Virus record (IMG/VR): IMGVR_UViG_2541047794_000003
DNA: 32,443 bases
Strand: one strand, 5' to 3'
From: a virus
Lineage: Duplodnaviria; Heunggongvirae; Uroviricota; Caudoviricetes
Under the pieces are notes generated by a model. That model searched no databases. It was not told the origin of the DNA and was given only the letters and a program-made list of their open reading frames with translations. Each line of letters opens with the position of its first letter. The stretch's first letter is position 1. The translations under genes and the position numbers were made by a program. Positions 7,983-16,533 of this stretch are shown here, piece by piece.

Positions 7983-8945
7983 ATGAGCAGCAAGCTTCAT
8001 GGTCTTGTCTGGGAAGGGTGCGCCTTCACCGGCATGATCTTATCCAGGGTGGCGGTTATGGCCCGTCTTGCAGACTACAGCAATGACGAGGGCGTGTCAT
8101 GGCCTGCCATTGAAACTATCCGGCGTCAGATCGGTGCAAGAAGTGAATCCACAGTGAAATCGGCTATTGCAGAACTGGCGAAAGAGGGCTGGCTGACGAA
8201 GGAAGAGCGTAAGGTCGGTGGGCGTAATGTAAGCAATATCTATCGGCTTAATGTGGAAAAACTCGAAGCAGCTGCGGCGGCGGCGCGTGAGTCATATAAA
8301 CCGAAAAGAAAAATTAGCCCGGCAAAAAATGACCCGTTAACAGTTGACCCGTCAAATATTGACCCCTCAACGGTTGACCCGTCAAATTTTGATGGATCAA
8401 CTGTTGATAAAAAACTGCCGATTAGGGGGGCGATGATTGACCCCGATCCGTCAGTATTAAAACCTGATCCGTCAGATAAAAGATCTTCTTGTCCGGACGC
8501 TTCGCAACCGGACCCGCAGACGGCTGAACAGGATTTTTTAACCCGACACCCTGACGCGGTTGTGTTCAGTGCGAAAAAACGCCAGTGGGGAAGTCAGGAA
8601 GATTTGGTGTGCGCACAGTGGATCTGGGGACGAATCGTGAGTCTTTACGAGCAGGCGGCCAGCTATGATGGCGAGATCACTAGACCGAAAGAACCCAACT
8701 GGACAGCATGGGCCAATGACGTTCGCACAATGCGGATGCTGGATGGCAGAACTCACAGACAAATTTGTGAAATGTTTGGGCGTCTCCAGCGGGATTCGTT
8801 CTGGGTAAAAAACATCATGAGTCCGGCAAAACTCCGGGAAAAATGGGATGAACTGGTTATCCGCCTGGGGCGTTCGCCTGCGCAGCGTTGCGTGAATCAC
8901 ATTTCTGAACCGGACACTGAAATACCGCCGGGATTCAGGGGGTGA
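7983..8945 (+). CDS. Replication initiation protein (lambda O analogue) with internal origin iterons
   Basis: ~320-aa ORF; ATG at 7983 (track start 7968 is GTG); contains 15-bp periodic TTGACCCGTCAA iterons encoded as DP(S/L)(N/T)(I/V)DPS repeats; followed by DnaC-like gene. Confidence 0.75.
   Translation: MSSKLHGLVWEGCAFTGMILSRVAVMARLADYSNDEGVSWPAIETIRRQIGARSESTVKSAIAELAKEGWLTKEERKVGGRNVSNIYRLNVEKLEAAAAAARESYKPKRKISPAKNDPLTVDPSNIDPSTVDPSNFDGSTVDKKLPIRGAMIDPDPSVLKPDPSDKRSSCPDASQPDPQTAEQDFLTRHPDAVVFSAKKRQWGSQEDLVCAQWIWGRIVSLYEQAASYDGEITRPKEPNWTAWANDVRTMRMLDGRTHRQICEMFGRLQRDSFWVKNIMSPAKLREKWDELVIRLGRSPAQRCVNHISEPDTEIPPGFRG
8330..8412. repeat. Origin-like iteron array (five to six 15-bp repeats) inside the initiator gene, followed by AT-rich stretch
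   Basis: TGACCCGTTAACAG / TTGACCCGTCAAATA / TTGACCCCTCAACGG / TTGACCCGTCAAATT / TTGATGGATCAACTG, then ttgataaaaaactg and degenerate copies to ~8476. Confidence 0.6.
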
Positions 8946-8951
8946 CGTGTC

Positions 8952-9698
8952 ATGAAAAACATTGCGGCAGTTGGGGTTCTTGAACGTATTCGCAGACTTG
9001 CACCACAGGGGTCGGTTCCACCGTACCGGACGGTGGAGGAGTGGCGGGAATGGCAACTTGCTGAAGGACGAAAACGCAGCGAGGAGATTAACCGCCAGAA
9101 TCGCCAGTTGCGGGTGGAAAAAATCCTGAATCGTTCGGGCATCCAGCCTCTGCACAGCAAATGCTCGTTTGCAAATTATCAGGTGCAGAACGACGGGCAA
9201 AAATACGCGCTGAGCCAGGCCAAATCCATAGCTGACGAACTGATGACCGGGTGCACGAATTTTGTGTTCAGCGGTAAAACCGGCACCGGGAAAAATCACC
9301 TTGCAGCGGCGATGGGCAACCGGCTGATGGTGAAGGGGCGCAGCGTGATTATCGTCACCGTGTCTGACGTCATGAGCGTGTTGCATGACAGCTACGACAA
9401 CGGCAAATCCGGGGAAAAATTTTTACAGGAGCTTTGCGGGGTTGATTTGCTGGTCCTGGATGAAATAGGCGTTCAGCGGGAGACGAAAAACGAGCAGGTG
9501 GTATTGCACCAGATAATTGATCGCCGGACAGCATCACTGTGCAGTGTCGGGATGTTAACAAACCTGAATCATGCCGCAATGAGTACGCTTCTTGGTGAGA
9601 GGATTATGGACCGCATGACCATGAACGGTGGTCGATGGGTGACGTTTAACTGGGATAGCTGGCGTCCAAATGTCAGCAATATGAGGGTTGTGAAGTAA
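8952..9698 (+). CDS. DnaC-like helicase loader (IstB-like AAA+ ATPase)
   Basis: 248-aa ORF with Walker A GKTGTGKNHLA and Walker B LLVLDEIG; start overlaps initiator gene stop. Confidence 0.85.
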   Translation: MKNIAAVGVLERIRRLAPQGSVPPYRTVEEWREWQLAEGRKRSEEINRQNRQLRVEKILNRSGIQPLHSKCSFANYQVQNDGQKYALSQAKSIADELMTGCTNFVFSGKTGTGKNHLAAAMGNRLMVKGRSVIIVTVSDVMSVLHDSYDNGKSGEKFLQELCGVDLLVLDEIGVQRETKNEQVVLHQIIDRRTASLCSVGMLTNLNHAAMSTLLGERIMDRMTMNGGRWVTFNWDSWRPNVSNMRVVK

Positions 9699-9719
9699 TT
9701 TTGTCCGGAGGAAATTTTA

Positions 9720-10490
9720 ATGGAAACCGTATCTGACGCACTGAAAGCACTGAAAAAAGCCTCTTCACATGTGGTGGCAGCTCGCCTTGGAATCAGTCGT
9801 GAAGAGGCTGTCAACGAGCTGTGGGAACTCAAAAGAAAAGGCGTCGTTGATAAAACTGGTCACACCTGGTTTCTGGCTGGCGAAGGTGAATCCCGGGTAA
9901 CCGAAGAGCGGCCAGTAAAATCTGAAGCACAGGATATGCTGACCGGGGAGGTCGAACAAAAAGTTACCGCAGACATGATGATTGAGTTTATCGGTCAGGA
10001 TGGGGCTAAAACGTGTGAGGAACTGGCGGGTAAGTTCGGTGTCAGTACTCGCAAGGTTGCTTCCACGCTGGCGGTGGTAACCGCAACGGGGCGGCTGGCA
10101 CGCGTTAATCAGAACGGTAAATTTCGTTACTGCATGCCGGGCGATAATTTACCAGCAGAGCCGAAAGCCGCGCTGGTAACGGAAAGTGATGGTAAGGCCT
10201 TTCCTCAGCCAGCAGGTGCTGCGTTACCAGTCCGGGAAGCCGCAACACAGGAAGAAATTAAAACAGAAACTGTGGCGGACATTGTGCAGCCGTTGCCATC
10301 GTTTACCGAAACGCAAGCAGATGAGCTGATTTTTCCGTCCCTTCGCAGGGCAAACCTGGCGCTGCGCAGGGCGAAAAGTGATGTTCAGAAGTGGGAGCGA
10401 GTCTGCGCCGCGCTGCGGGAGCTGAACAAGCACCGGGATATTGTTCGACAGATTACTGATTCTTCCCGCCGTGTTGTATCGGAAAAGTGA
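9720..10490 (+). CDS. Hypothetical phage protein
   Basis: 256-aa ORF with GGAGG SD and ATG at 9720; no recognisable catalytic motif. Confidence 0.6.
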   Translation: METVSDALKALKKASSHVVAARLGISREEAVNELWELKRKGVVDKTGHTWFLAGEGESRVTEERPVKSEAQDMLTGEVEQKVTADMMIEFIGQDGAKTCEELAGKFGVSTRKVASTLAVVTATGRLARVNQNGKFRYCMPGDNLPAEPKAALVTESDGKAFPQPAGAALPVREAATQEEIKTETVADIVQPLPSFTETQADELIFPSLRRANLALRRAKSDVQKWERVCAALRELNKHRDIVRQITDSSRRVVSEK

Positions 10491-10505
10491 TTGCCGGAGG
10501 CGCTT

Positions 10506-10931
10506 ATGGCAAAAGTATTTACACAAGAAGAGCGGGAAAAAATTAAAGGGCAGGTTGTTGAACTTGTACGTCTGAGCGGTCGCGAGACGTTGCGGCAACT
10601 GGAAGCCAAGACAGGTGCGACAAGATATCTGATGAGTGTTCTCGCCAGAGAGCTGGTTGCCAGTGGCGATGTATACAACTCTGGTTACGGGTTATTCCCG
10701 TCTGAACAGGCGCGTAAGGACTGGCAAAATGCTCGCAAAAAACTCTCAAGGGCAAAGGTGAAGAAACCTGCAGTGGTTGATCCGGACCTTATCTGGTCGT
10801 TACCAGACGGCGAAATACGCCGCTACGACAGGCGCCTGAATATAATCTGTCGCGAGTGCCGGAAGAGCGAAGCTATGCAGCGTGTACTGGCATTTTATCA
10901 AGGAAATGTTAGGTATTTTAGACGTTACTAG
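10506..10931 (+). CDS. Hypothetical phage protein
   Basis: ATG at 10506 preceded by GGAGG (track start 10491 is TTG); 141 aa. Confidence 0.55.
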   Translation: MAKVFTQEEREKIKGQVVELVRLSGRETLRQLEAKTGATRYLMSVLARELVASGDVYNSGYGLFPSEQARKDWQNARKKLSRAKVKKPAVVDPDLIWSLPDGEIRRYDRRLNIICRECRKSEAMQRVLAFYQGNVRYFRRY

Positions 10932-11084
10932 ATTAAAGAGCATTAGTTCAGATGTGAATTGACATTTTCATGGCGCAGGGTAGAGCCAGCGTGGTTGTCC
11001 GCTTTGCGTCAAAACCAGATATTACCAGATTTAGACATATATTCCCGATAGCCCTGCTCTGATGCTACACTCTGTGCTATTTTC

Positions 11085-11771
11085 ATGACCCCAATAAAAA
11101 TATTTATGACTATTGCTGATTTCAAACGGCCTAAATTGGAGCTCCCAAACGGGGCAAACAAACTACTACTGCACTCTTGCTGTGCTCCATGTTCCGGTGA
11201 AGTGATGGAGGCGCTTCAGGCCTCGGGAATCGACTACACCATCTTTTTCTACAACCCGAACATTCATCCTCAGAAAGAGTATTTAATTCGTAAGGATGAA
11301 AATATTCGCTTTGCTGAACAACACGGCGTGCCGTTTATCGATGCTGATTACGACACCGACAACTGGTTTGAACGTGCCAAAGGAATGGAATGGGAGCCTG
11401 AGAGGGGGATCCGTTGTACCATGTGTTTTGACATGCGTTTTGAGCGGACAGCGTTGTACGCTGCTGAAAATGGTTTCAGTGTGATCAGCAGTTCACTGGG
11501 CATTTCACGCTGGAAAAATATGCAGCAGGTTAACGAGTGTGGGCGGCGAGCTGTTGCGCATTATCCGGGTATGGTGTACTGGGATTATAACTGGCGCAAG
11601 CAGGGCGGCTCGTCCCGTATGATTGAAATCAGCAAGCGCGAAAAATTCTATCAGCAGGAATATTGTGGCTGTGTGTATTCTCTGCGCGATACCAATCTAC
11701 ACCGCAAATCTCAGGGACGCCCTCTTATCAAAATTGGCCAACTCCACTACGGAAAAGAAGAGAAGGAGTGA
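11085..11771 (+). CDS. queH: DUF208-family protein, likely epoxyqueuosine reductase QueH-like
   Basis: 228-aa ORF with [11 protein letters not shown] motif and additional conserved Cys (CTMC, CGC) typical of DUF208/QueH. Confidence 0.55.
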   Translation: MTPIKIFMTIADFKRPKLELPNGANKLLLHSCCAPCSGEVMEALQASGIDYTIFFYNPNIHPQKEYLIRKDENIRFAEQHGVPFIDADYDTDNWFERAKGMEWEPERGIRCTMCFDMRFERTALYAAENGFSVISSSLGISRWKNMQQVNECGRRAVAHYPGMVYWDYNWRKQGGSSRMIEISKREKFYQQEYCGCVYSLRDTNLHRKSQGRPLIKIGQLHYGKEEKE

Positions 11772-11879
11772 TTTTATGGATCACCTTTCTGATTGATTTC
11801 ATATTGGCGAGGTGACGTGAGTTAAGTAGAATGGCTGCGGGTGCTTGAGGCTATCTGTCTCAGGCATGAACACTGAAAG

Positions 11880-11960
11880 GCAGATAGAGAAAAGCCCCAG
11901 TTAACATTTCGCGTCCTGCAAGACGCTTAACATTAATCTGAGGCCCAATCTATGTCTCAC
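11880..11960 (-). ncRNA. Candidate Sok-like antisense RNA of the hok locus (approximate bounds)
   Basis: Minus-strand region complementary to hok leader/mok start; contains GGGGCU hairpin element analogous to Sok 3' end; candidate promoter TTGCCT-N17-TAACCT on minus strand. Confidence 0.35.
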
Positions 11961-12008
11961 AAATGTAGGTTAGCCTCTTACGTGCCGAAAGGCAAGGGGA
12001 AGCAGGCT

Positions 12009-12164
12009 ATGAAGCAGCAAAAGGCGATGTTAATCGCCCTGATCGTCATCTGTTTAACCGTCATAGTGACGGCACTGGTAACGAGGAAAGACCTCTGCGA
12101 GGTACGACTCCGAACCGGCCAGACGGAGGTCGCTGTCTTCACAGCTTACGAACCTGAGGAGTAA
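12009..12164 (+). CDS. hok: Hok/Gef-family type I toxin (small membrane peptide)
   Basis: 51-aa ORF MKQQKAMLIALIVICLTVIVTALVTRKDLCEVRLRTGQTEVAVFTAYEPEE matching Hok family pattern; leader has tac/ucb-like elements; in-frame upstream ATG at 11952 (mok-like). Confidence 0.85.
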   Translation: MKQQKAMLIALIVICLTVIVTALVTRKDLCEVRLRTGQTEVAVFTAYEPEE

Positions 12165-12214
12165 GAGACCTGGCGGGGGAGAAATCCCTCGCCACCTCTG
12201 ATGTGTCAGGCATC

Positions 12215-12256
12215 CTCAACGCACCCGCACTTAACCCGGTTCGGCGGGTTTTGTTT
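12215..12256 (+). terminator. Terminator / fold-back element at hok mRNA 3' end
   Basis: Hairpin CCCGC...GCGGG followed by TTTTGTTTTTTT. Confidence 0.5.
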
Positions 12257-12331
12257 TTTTCTGGCATTCTGGTTTACAATTCGCACGTCAGCCTGAACAC
12301 CTGACACCTGCTGCGCCAGCAGAGAAAACAG

Positions 12332-12604
12332 ATGGCGCACAAAACCAAATTTCACAATTCTGATACCGACCTTGCCATCCGGCATGGGCGGCGTTCACAC
12401 GCATTTAAAACCGACTGGTACCAACACCCACCATGTACTGAAGAACAGGCCGAATGGCTAATTCATAACTACCGCAGACGCGGATACGAGATTAAGAAAG
12501 CCCTCAGCCTCGATTATCGTCACTGGATAATCTCCGTCAGGCTTCCTTACTCTGAACGCCCACCGCGTCCGTCCCGCACATTCCAGCAACGCATCTGGAG
12601 GTAA
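12332..12604 (+). CDS. Hypothetical 90-aa protein, translationally coupled to downstream DUF968 gene
   Basis: ATG at 12332; stop 12602-12604 within GGAGGTAACGTG so that its last codons carry the SD of the next gene. Confidence 0.5.
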   Translation: MAHKTKFHNSDTDLAIRHGRRSHAFKTDWYQHPPCTEEQAEWLIHNYRRRGYEIKKALSLDYRHWIISVRLPYSERPPRPSRTFQQRIWR

Positions 12605-12605
12605 C

Positions 12606-13661
12606 GTGCGGGTATTACTTCGACCTGTTCTGGTACCGGAACTCGGGCTGGTGATCGTTAAGCCGGGCCGTGAATCCATGCCGGTATTCCACAATACCCG
12701 GGTACTGGTGGAGCCGGAACCGAAAAGCATGCGTAATCTGCCGTCCGGGGTCGTTCCTGCCGTTCGCCAGCCGCTGGCGGAGGATAAATCATTACTGCCA
12801 TTTTTCAGCGACGAACGAGTGATTCGTGCTGCTGGTGGCGCTGGCGCATTGTCTGACTGGTTACTGCGCCATGTTAAATCCTGCCAGTGGCCACACGGCG
12901 ATTATCACCACAGTGAAACCGTCATTCACCGTTATGGTACCGGCGCAATGGTGTTGTGCTGGCACTGCGACAACCAGCTGCGCGACCAGACCTCCGAATC
13001 ACTCGGGCAACTTGCTCACCAAAACCTGTTTGCATGGATGATTGACGTCATACGCCATGCAATGAATGGCTCGCAGGAACGGGAATTATCGCTGGCTGAA
13101 TTATCCTGGTGGGCGGTCCGCAATCAGGTGGCGGACGCGCTACCGGAAGCGGTATTACGTCGTTCGCTGGGGTTGCGTGCGGAAAAAATCCGCTCAATGT
13201 ACCGTGAAAGCGACATCGTACCGGGAGAGCAGACCGCCACCAGCATACTGAAGCAGCGCACAAAAAATCTTGCGCCGCTGCCTCACGCCCACCAGCAAAA
13301 CCCGCCACAGGAAAAGACGGTGGTCAGCATTGCCGTTGATCCGGAGTCACCGGCTCAGTATCTCCAGCGCCAGAAATCACAACGGGAAGAGATGCCTGTA
13401 TACACGCGTTGGGTAAAAACGCAGAAATGCATGACGTGTGGCAATCAGGCAGATGATCCGCATCACATCATTGGTCATGGACTGGGAGGGATGGGAACAA
13501 AGGCTGATGATTTGTTTGTTATTCCGCTGTGCCGTAAATGCCATAGCGAACTACACGCCGGGGTAGAAGATTTTGAAGAAAAACACGGCAGCCAGCTGTT
13601 GTTGCTGATTCGTTTTTTAATGCACGCGAGAAATTCGGGTGTTTTGAAGTGGAAAGCATAA
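12606..13661 (+). CDS. DUF968-type protein with HNH-like zinc-binding motifs (YdfU-like)
   Basis: 351 aa, GTG start with GGAGG SD; C-terminal CMTCG...DPHHIIGH...CRKCHSELH HNH-like motif and an upstream Cys/His cluster. Confidence 0.65.
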   Translation: MRVLLRPVLVPELGLVIVKPGRESMPVFHNTRVLVEPEPKSMRNLPSGVVPAVRQPLAEDKSLLPFFSDERVIRAAGGAGALSDWLLRHVKSCQWPHGDYHHSETVIHRYGTGAMVLCWHCDNQLRDQTSESLGQLAHQNLFAWMIDVIRHAMNGSQERELSLAELSWWAVRNQVADALPEAVLRRSLGLRAEKIRSMYRESDIVPGEQTATSILKQRTKNLAPLPHAHQQNPPQEKTVVSIAVDPESPAQYLQRQKSQREEMPVYTRWVKTQKCMTCGNQADDPHHIIGHGLGGMGTKADDLFVIPLCRKCHSELHAGVEDFEEKHGSQLLLLIRFLMHARNSGVLKWKA

Positions 13662-14042
13662 ATGACTGAACGCATAGAATTTGTTTTGCCTTACCCGCCA
13701 ACGGTGAACACTTACTGGCGACGCCGTGGCAGCACATATTTTGTATCAAAAGCCGGGGAGCGTTATCGCCGGGCAGTGGCGCTTATTGTTCGCCAGCAGC
13801 GGCTGAAATTAAGCCTGTCCGGAAGGTTGGCAATAAAAATTATTGCAGAACCACCGGATAAGCGCCGCCGTGACCCGGACAATATTCTGAAAGCGCCGCT
13901 GGATGCGCTGACGCATGCGGGGTTGCTAATGGACGATGAGCAGTTTGATGAAATCAATATCGTTCGTGGTCAGCCAGTATCTGGTGGACGTCTGGGGGTG
14001 AAGATTTACCCCATAATGCTTGAAGGGCAGGTCAAAAAATGA
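13662..14042 (+). CDS. rusA: Holliday junction resolvase RusA
   Basis: 126 aa; LPYPPTVNTYWRRRG ... PDKRRRDPDNILKAPLDALTHAGLLMDDEQ ... GGRL matches RusA catalytic pattern. Confidence 0.85.
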   Translation: MTERIEFVLPYPPTVNTYWRRRGSTYFVSKAGERYRRAVALIVRQQRLKLSLSGRLAIKIIAEPPDKRRRDPDNILKAPLDALTHAGLLMDDEQFDEINIVRGQPVSGGRLGVKIYPIMLEGQVKK

Positions 14043-14860
14043 AACTGGAAGATTTACCGAAATACTACTCCCCAAAATCCCCCGGCCTGACCGATGCGTC
14101 CGCCTCGACATCAAAAGATGCGCTGAGTATCACTGATGTGATGGCCGCGCAGGGCATGACACAAAATCGGGCTGAGATGGGTTTTTCTGCGTTCCTTGGG
14201 AAAATGGGCATTAGTATGAATGACAGAGAGCGGGCAACAGAATTGCTGACAGAATATGCACTCAGTCGGTGTGATCGCGTGGCGGCGTTAAGAAAACTCC
14301 CGGCAGAAATAAAACCGGTAGTGATGCGCATTATGGCTTCGTACGCTTTTGAGGATTATGCCCGCAGCGCAGCGAGTAAAAAGCAGTGCCCTTGTTGCTA
14401 TGGGGAAAAATTTATTGAAAGCGTAGTTTTTACAAACAAGGTCCAGTATCCGGATGGTAAGCCGCCGGTATGGGCAAAGTGTACGAAAGGTGTGTATCCG
14501 TCTTACTGGGAAGAATGGAAAAAAGTCAGGGAGGTGGTAAAAGTTGCCTGTCCGGAGTGTGGCGGAAAGGGTGAGGTTTCCACCGCCTGTAAGGATTGCC
14601 GTGGGCGTGGTGTCGCCATTCATCGTGAAGAGTCGGTAAAACGTGGTATGCCTGTTATCAGAGACTGCCAGCGTTGTGGTGGTCGTGGCTGTGAAAGACT
14701 ACCATCAACGGAGGCATTTAATGCCATACGCAAAGTGACGAGTGCTATCACGCTTGATACGTGGAAAAAATCAGTGAAACGCTTTTACGATACGTTGGTG
14801 GTTCGGTTTGACATTGAAGAGGCATGGGCGGAGCGGCAGTTAAAGAGGGTAACGCGATAG
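14039..14860 (+). CDS. Q: Late-gene antiterminator Q (long Q-type with multiple CxxC zinc motifs)
   Basis: 273 aa with four CxxC pairs; ATGA overlap with rusA; immediately followed by a PR'-like promoter whose -10/initial transcribed region resembles lambda PR'. Confidence 0.65.
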   Translation: MKLEDLPKYYSPKSPGLTDASASTSKDALSITDVMAAQGMTQNRAEMGFSAFLGKMGISMNDRERATELLTEYALSRCDRVAALRKLPAEIKPVVMRIMASYAFEDYARSAASKKQCPCCYGEKFIESVVFTNKVQYPDGKPPVWAKCTKGVYPSYWEEWKKVREVVKVACPECGGKGEVSTACKDCRGRGVAIHREESVKRGMPVIRDCQRCGGRGCERLPSTEAFNAIRKVTSAITLDTWKKSVKRFYDTLVVRFDIEEAWAERQLKRVTR

Positions 14861-14865
14861 TGTTG

Positions 14866-14905
14866 TTGATTTTTCCCGAATCTGTGGTAAATTTGCTCTA
14901 ACGAT
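14866..14905 (+). promoter_or_regulatory. Late promoter PR' with qut-like region
   Basis: -35 TTGATT (14866-14871), 16-nt spacer, -10 TAAATT (14888-14893) followed by TGCTCTAACGATGGGCG, resembling my recollection of lambda PR' GGGTAAATTTGACTCAACGATGGG. Confidence 0.55.
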
Positions 14906-14940
14906 GGGCGTTTTATGCCTGACGTTAGAAGATTTTTTAC

Positions 14941-14966
14941 ACCCCGCCGCCTGGCGGGTTTTTTAT
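14941..14966 (+). terminator. tR'-like intrinsic terminator
   Basis: CCCGCC gcct GGCGGG hairpin followed by TTTTTT about 50 nt downstream of PR' -10. Confidence 0.55.
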
Positions 14967-15086
14967 GACTGAAATCGCGTCAGTACAGTAAACGCGCTGG
15001 TGGCGGTGAATACCTGTCTTTCAGCTTGCTGGCTTTTTCGACAAGAGTTATTGGTGTGTCACGTTAACCGGAAAAGGGAAAAAGAC

Positions 15087-15284
15087 ATGCTAAAACAGCA
15101 GGATATGACAGAAACCGCCAGAGTAGTGTTTAATGAATTAAGAGTTACCGAACCGGCGACAGTCGGGGAGATAGCGCAGAATACTTACCTTTCACGCGAA
15201 CGCTGCCAGTTAATACTGACCCAGCTGGTTATGGCGGGTCTGGCAGACTATCAGTTCGGTTGTTACAGACGCCTTCCGCAGTGA
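15087..15284 (+). CDS. Small hypothetical protein (possible winged-helix DNA-binding)
   Basis: 65 aa from ATG 15087 with AAGGGA SD; intrinsic terminator hairpin overlaps its 3' end. Confidence 0.5.
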   Translation: MLKQQDMTETARVVFNELRVTEPATVGEIAQNTYLSRERCQLILTQLVMAGLADYQFGCYRRLPQ

Positions 15285-15296
15285 AGGCTTTTTTAT
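15271..15296 (+). terminator. Intrinsic terminator
   Basis: GCCTTC cgcagt GAAGGC followed by TTTTTTATTT. Confidence 0.5.
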
Positions 15297-15434
15297 TTGT
15301 GGTAAATGGGCGGCTGGTGGGTGTTAGGGGCACCCACCAGCCATCTGCTCATGCGTTGGGTTCACAAGCAAACCTCAGGCCCACTGCTTTGCGCAAAAGC
15401 AGAATGAGCCTATCAGAGACAGGCTTAATGATCC

Positions 15435-16484
15435 ATGCTTAATACTGTAAAAATATCCAGTTGTGAGTTAATCAACGCCGACTGCCTGGAATTTATCCGG
15501 TCGTTACCCGAAAATTCTGTTGACCTGATAGTCACGGACCCGCCGTACTTTAAAGTGAAGCCTGAGGGCTGGGATAACCAGTGGAAGGGCGACGATGATT
15601 ACCTGAAGTGGCTGGACCAGTGTCTGGCGCAGTTCTGGCGGGTGCTGAAACCTGCCGGAAGTCTTTACCTGTTCTGTGGTCATCGCCTGGCATCTGATAT
15701 CGAAATCATGATGCGTGAACGCTTCAGTGTGCTGAACCATATTATCTGGGCGAAGCCGTCCGGACGCTGGAACGGATGCAACAAGGAAAGCCTGCGGGCG
15801 TATTTCCCCGCCACAGAGCGCATTCTGTTCGCGGAACATTATCAGGGGCCGTATCGTCCGAAAGATGCCGGGTATGCGGTGAAGGGCAGTGCACTGAAAC
15901 AGCATGTGATGGCCCCGCTGATTTCTTACTTTCGTGATGCGCGCGCGGCCCTGGGGATAACGGCAAAACAGATTGCAGATGCCACAGGAAAGAAAAACAT
16001 GGTGTCGCACTGGTTCAGTGCCAGTCAGTGGCAGCTACCGAACGAAAGCGATTATCTGAAATTACAGTCGCTGTTTGCCCGGGTGGCAGAAGAGAAACAT
16101 CAGCGCGGTGAACTGGAAAAGCCCCACCACCAGCTGGTGGATACGTATACGTCACTGAACCGGCAGTATGTGGAGCTGCAGAGTGAATATAAGCATCTGC
16201 GGCGGTATTTTGGTGTGACGGCGCAGGTGCCGTACACGGATGTGTGGACACATAAACCGGTGCAGTTCTATCCCGGGAAACATCCGTGCGAAAAACCGGC
16301 AGAAATGCTGCAGCAGATAATCAGCGCAAGTAGCCGTCCTGGTGATCTGGTTGCGGATTTTTTCATGGGGTCGGGTTCAACGGTAAAAGCGGCGATGGCA
16401 CTGGGGCGTCGTGCGATTGGTGTTGAGCTGGAGACCGGACGTTTTGAGCAGACAGTCAGGGAAGTTCAGGATTTAATCGTTTGA
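15435..16484 (+). CDS. Orphan DNA methyltransferase, probably N6-adenine (beta-class motif order)
   Basis: 349 aa; TDPPY motif IV near N-terminus and FFMGSGST motif I near C-terminus; no adjacent restriction gene. Confidence 0.8.
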   Translation: MLNTVKISSCELINADCLEFIRSLPENSVDLIVTDPPYFKVKPEGWDNQWKGDDDYLKWLDQCLAQFWRVLKPAGSLYLFCGHRLASDIEIMMRERFSVLNHIIWAKPSGRWNGCNKESLRAYFPATERILFAEHYQGPYRPKDAGYAVKGSALKQHVMAPLISYFRDARAALGITAKQIADATGKKNMVSHWFSASQWQLPNESDYLKLQSLFARVAEEKHQRGELEKPHHQLVDTYTSLNRQYVELQSEYKHLRRYFGVTAQVPYTDVWTHKPVQFYPGKHPCEKPAEMLQQIISASSRPGDLVADFFMGSGSTVKAAMALGRRAIGVELETGRFEQTVREVQDLIV

Positions 16485-16533
16485 AACGGATGAGATTGCA
16501 GAATTAATTACGCACCATTATTATTCTGCTCCC

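Noticed and set aside
8538-9386. 282-aa minus-strand ORF antisense to the initiator and DnaC-like genes
   Set aside because: Entirely overlaps two well-supported plus-strand genes with recognisable motifs; no RBS; composition typical of an antisense shadow ORF.
15504-16010. 168-aa minus-strand ORF inside the methyltransferase gene
   Set aside because: Antisense to an ORF with clear methyltransferase motifs; no start signals.
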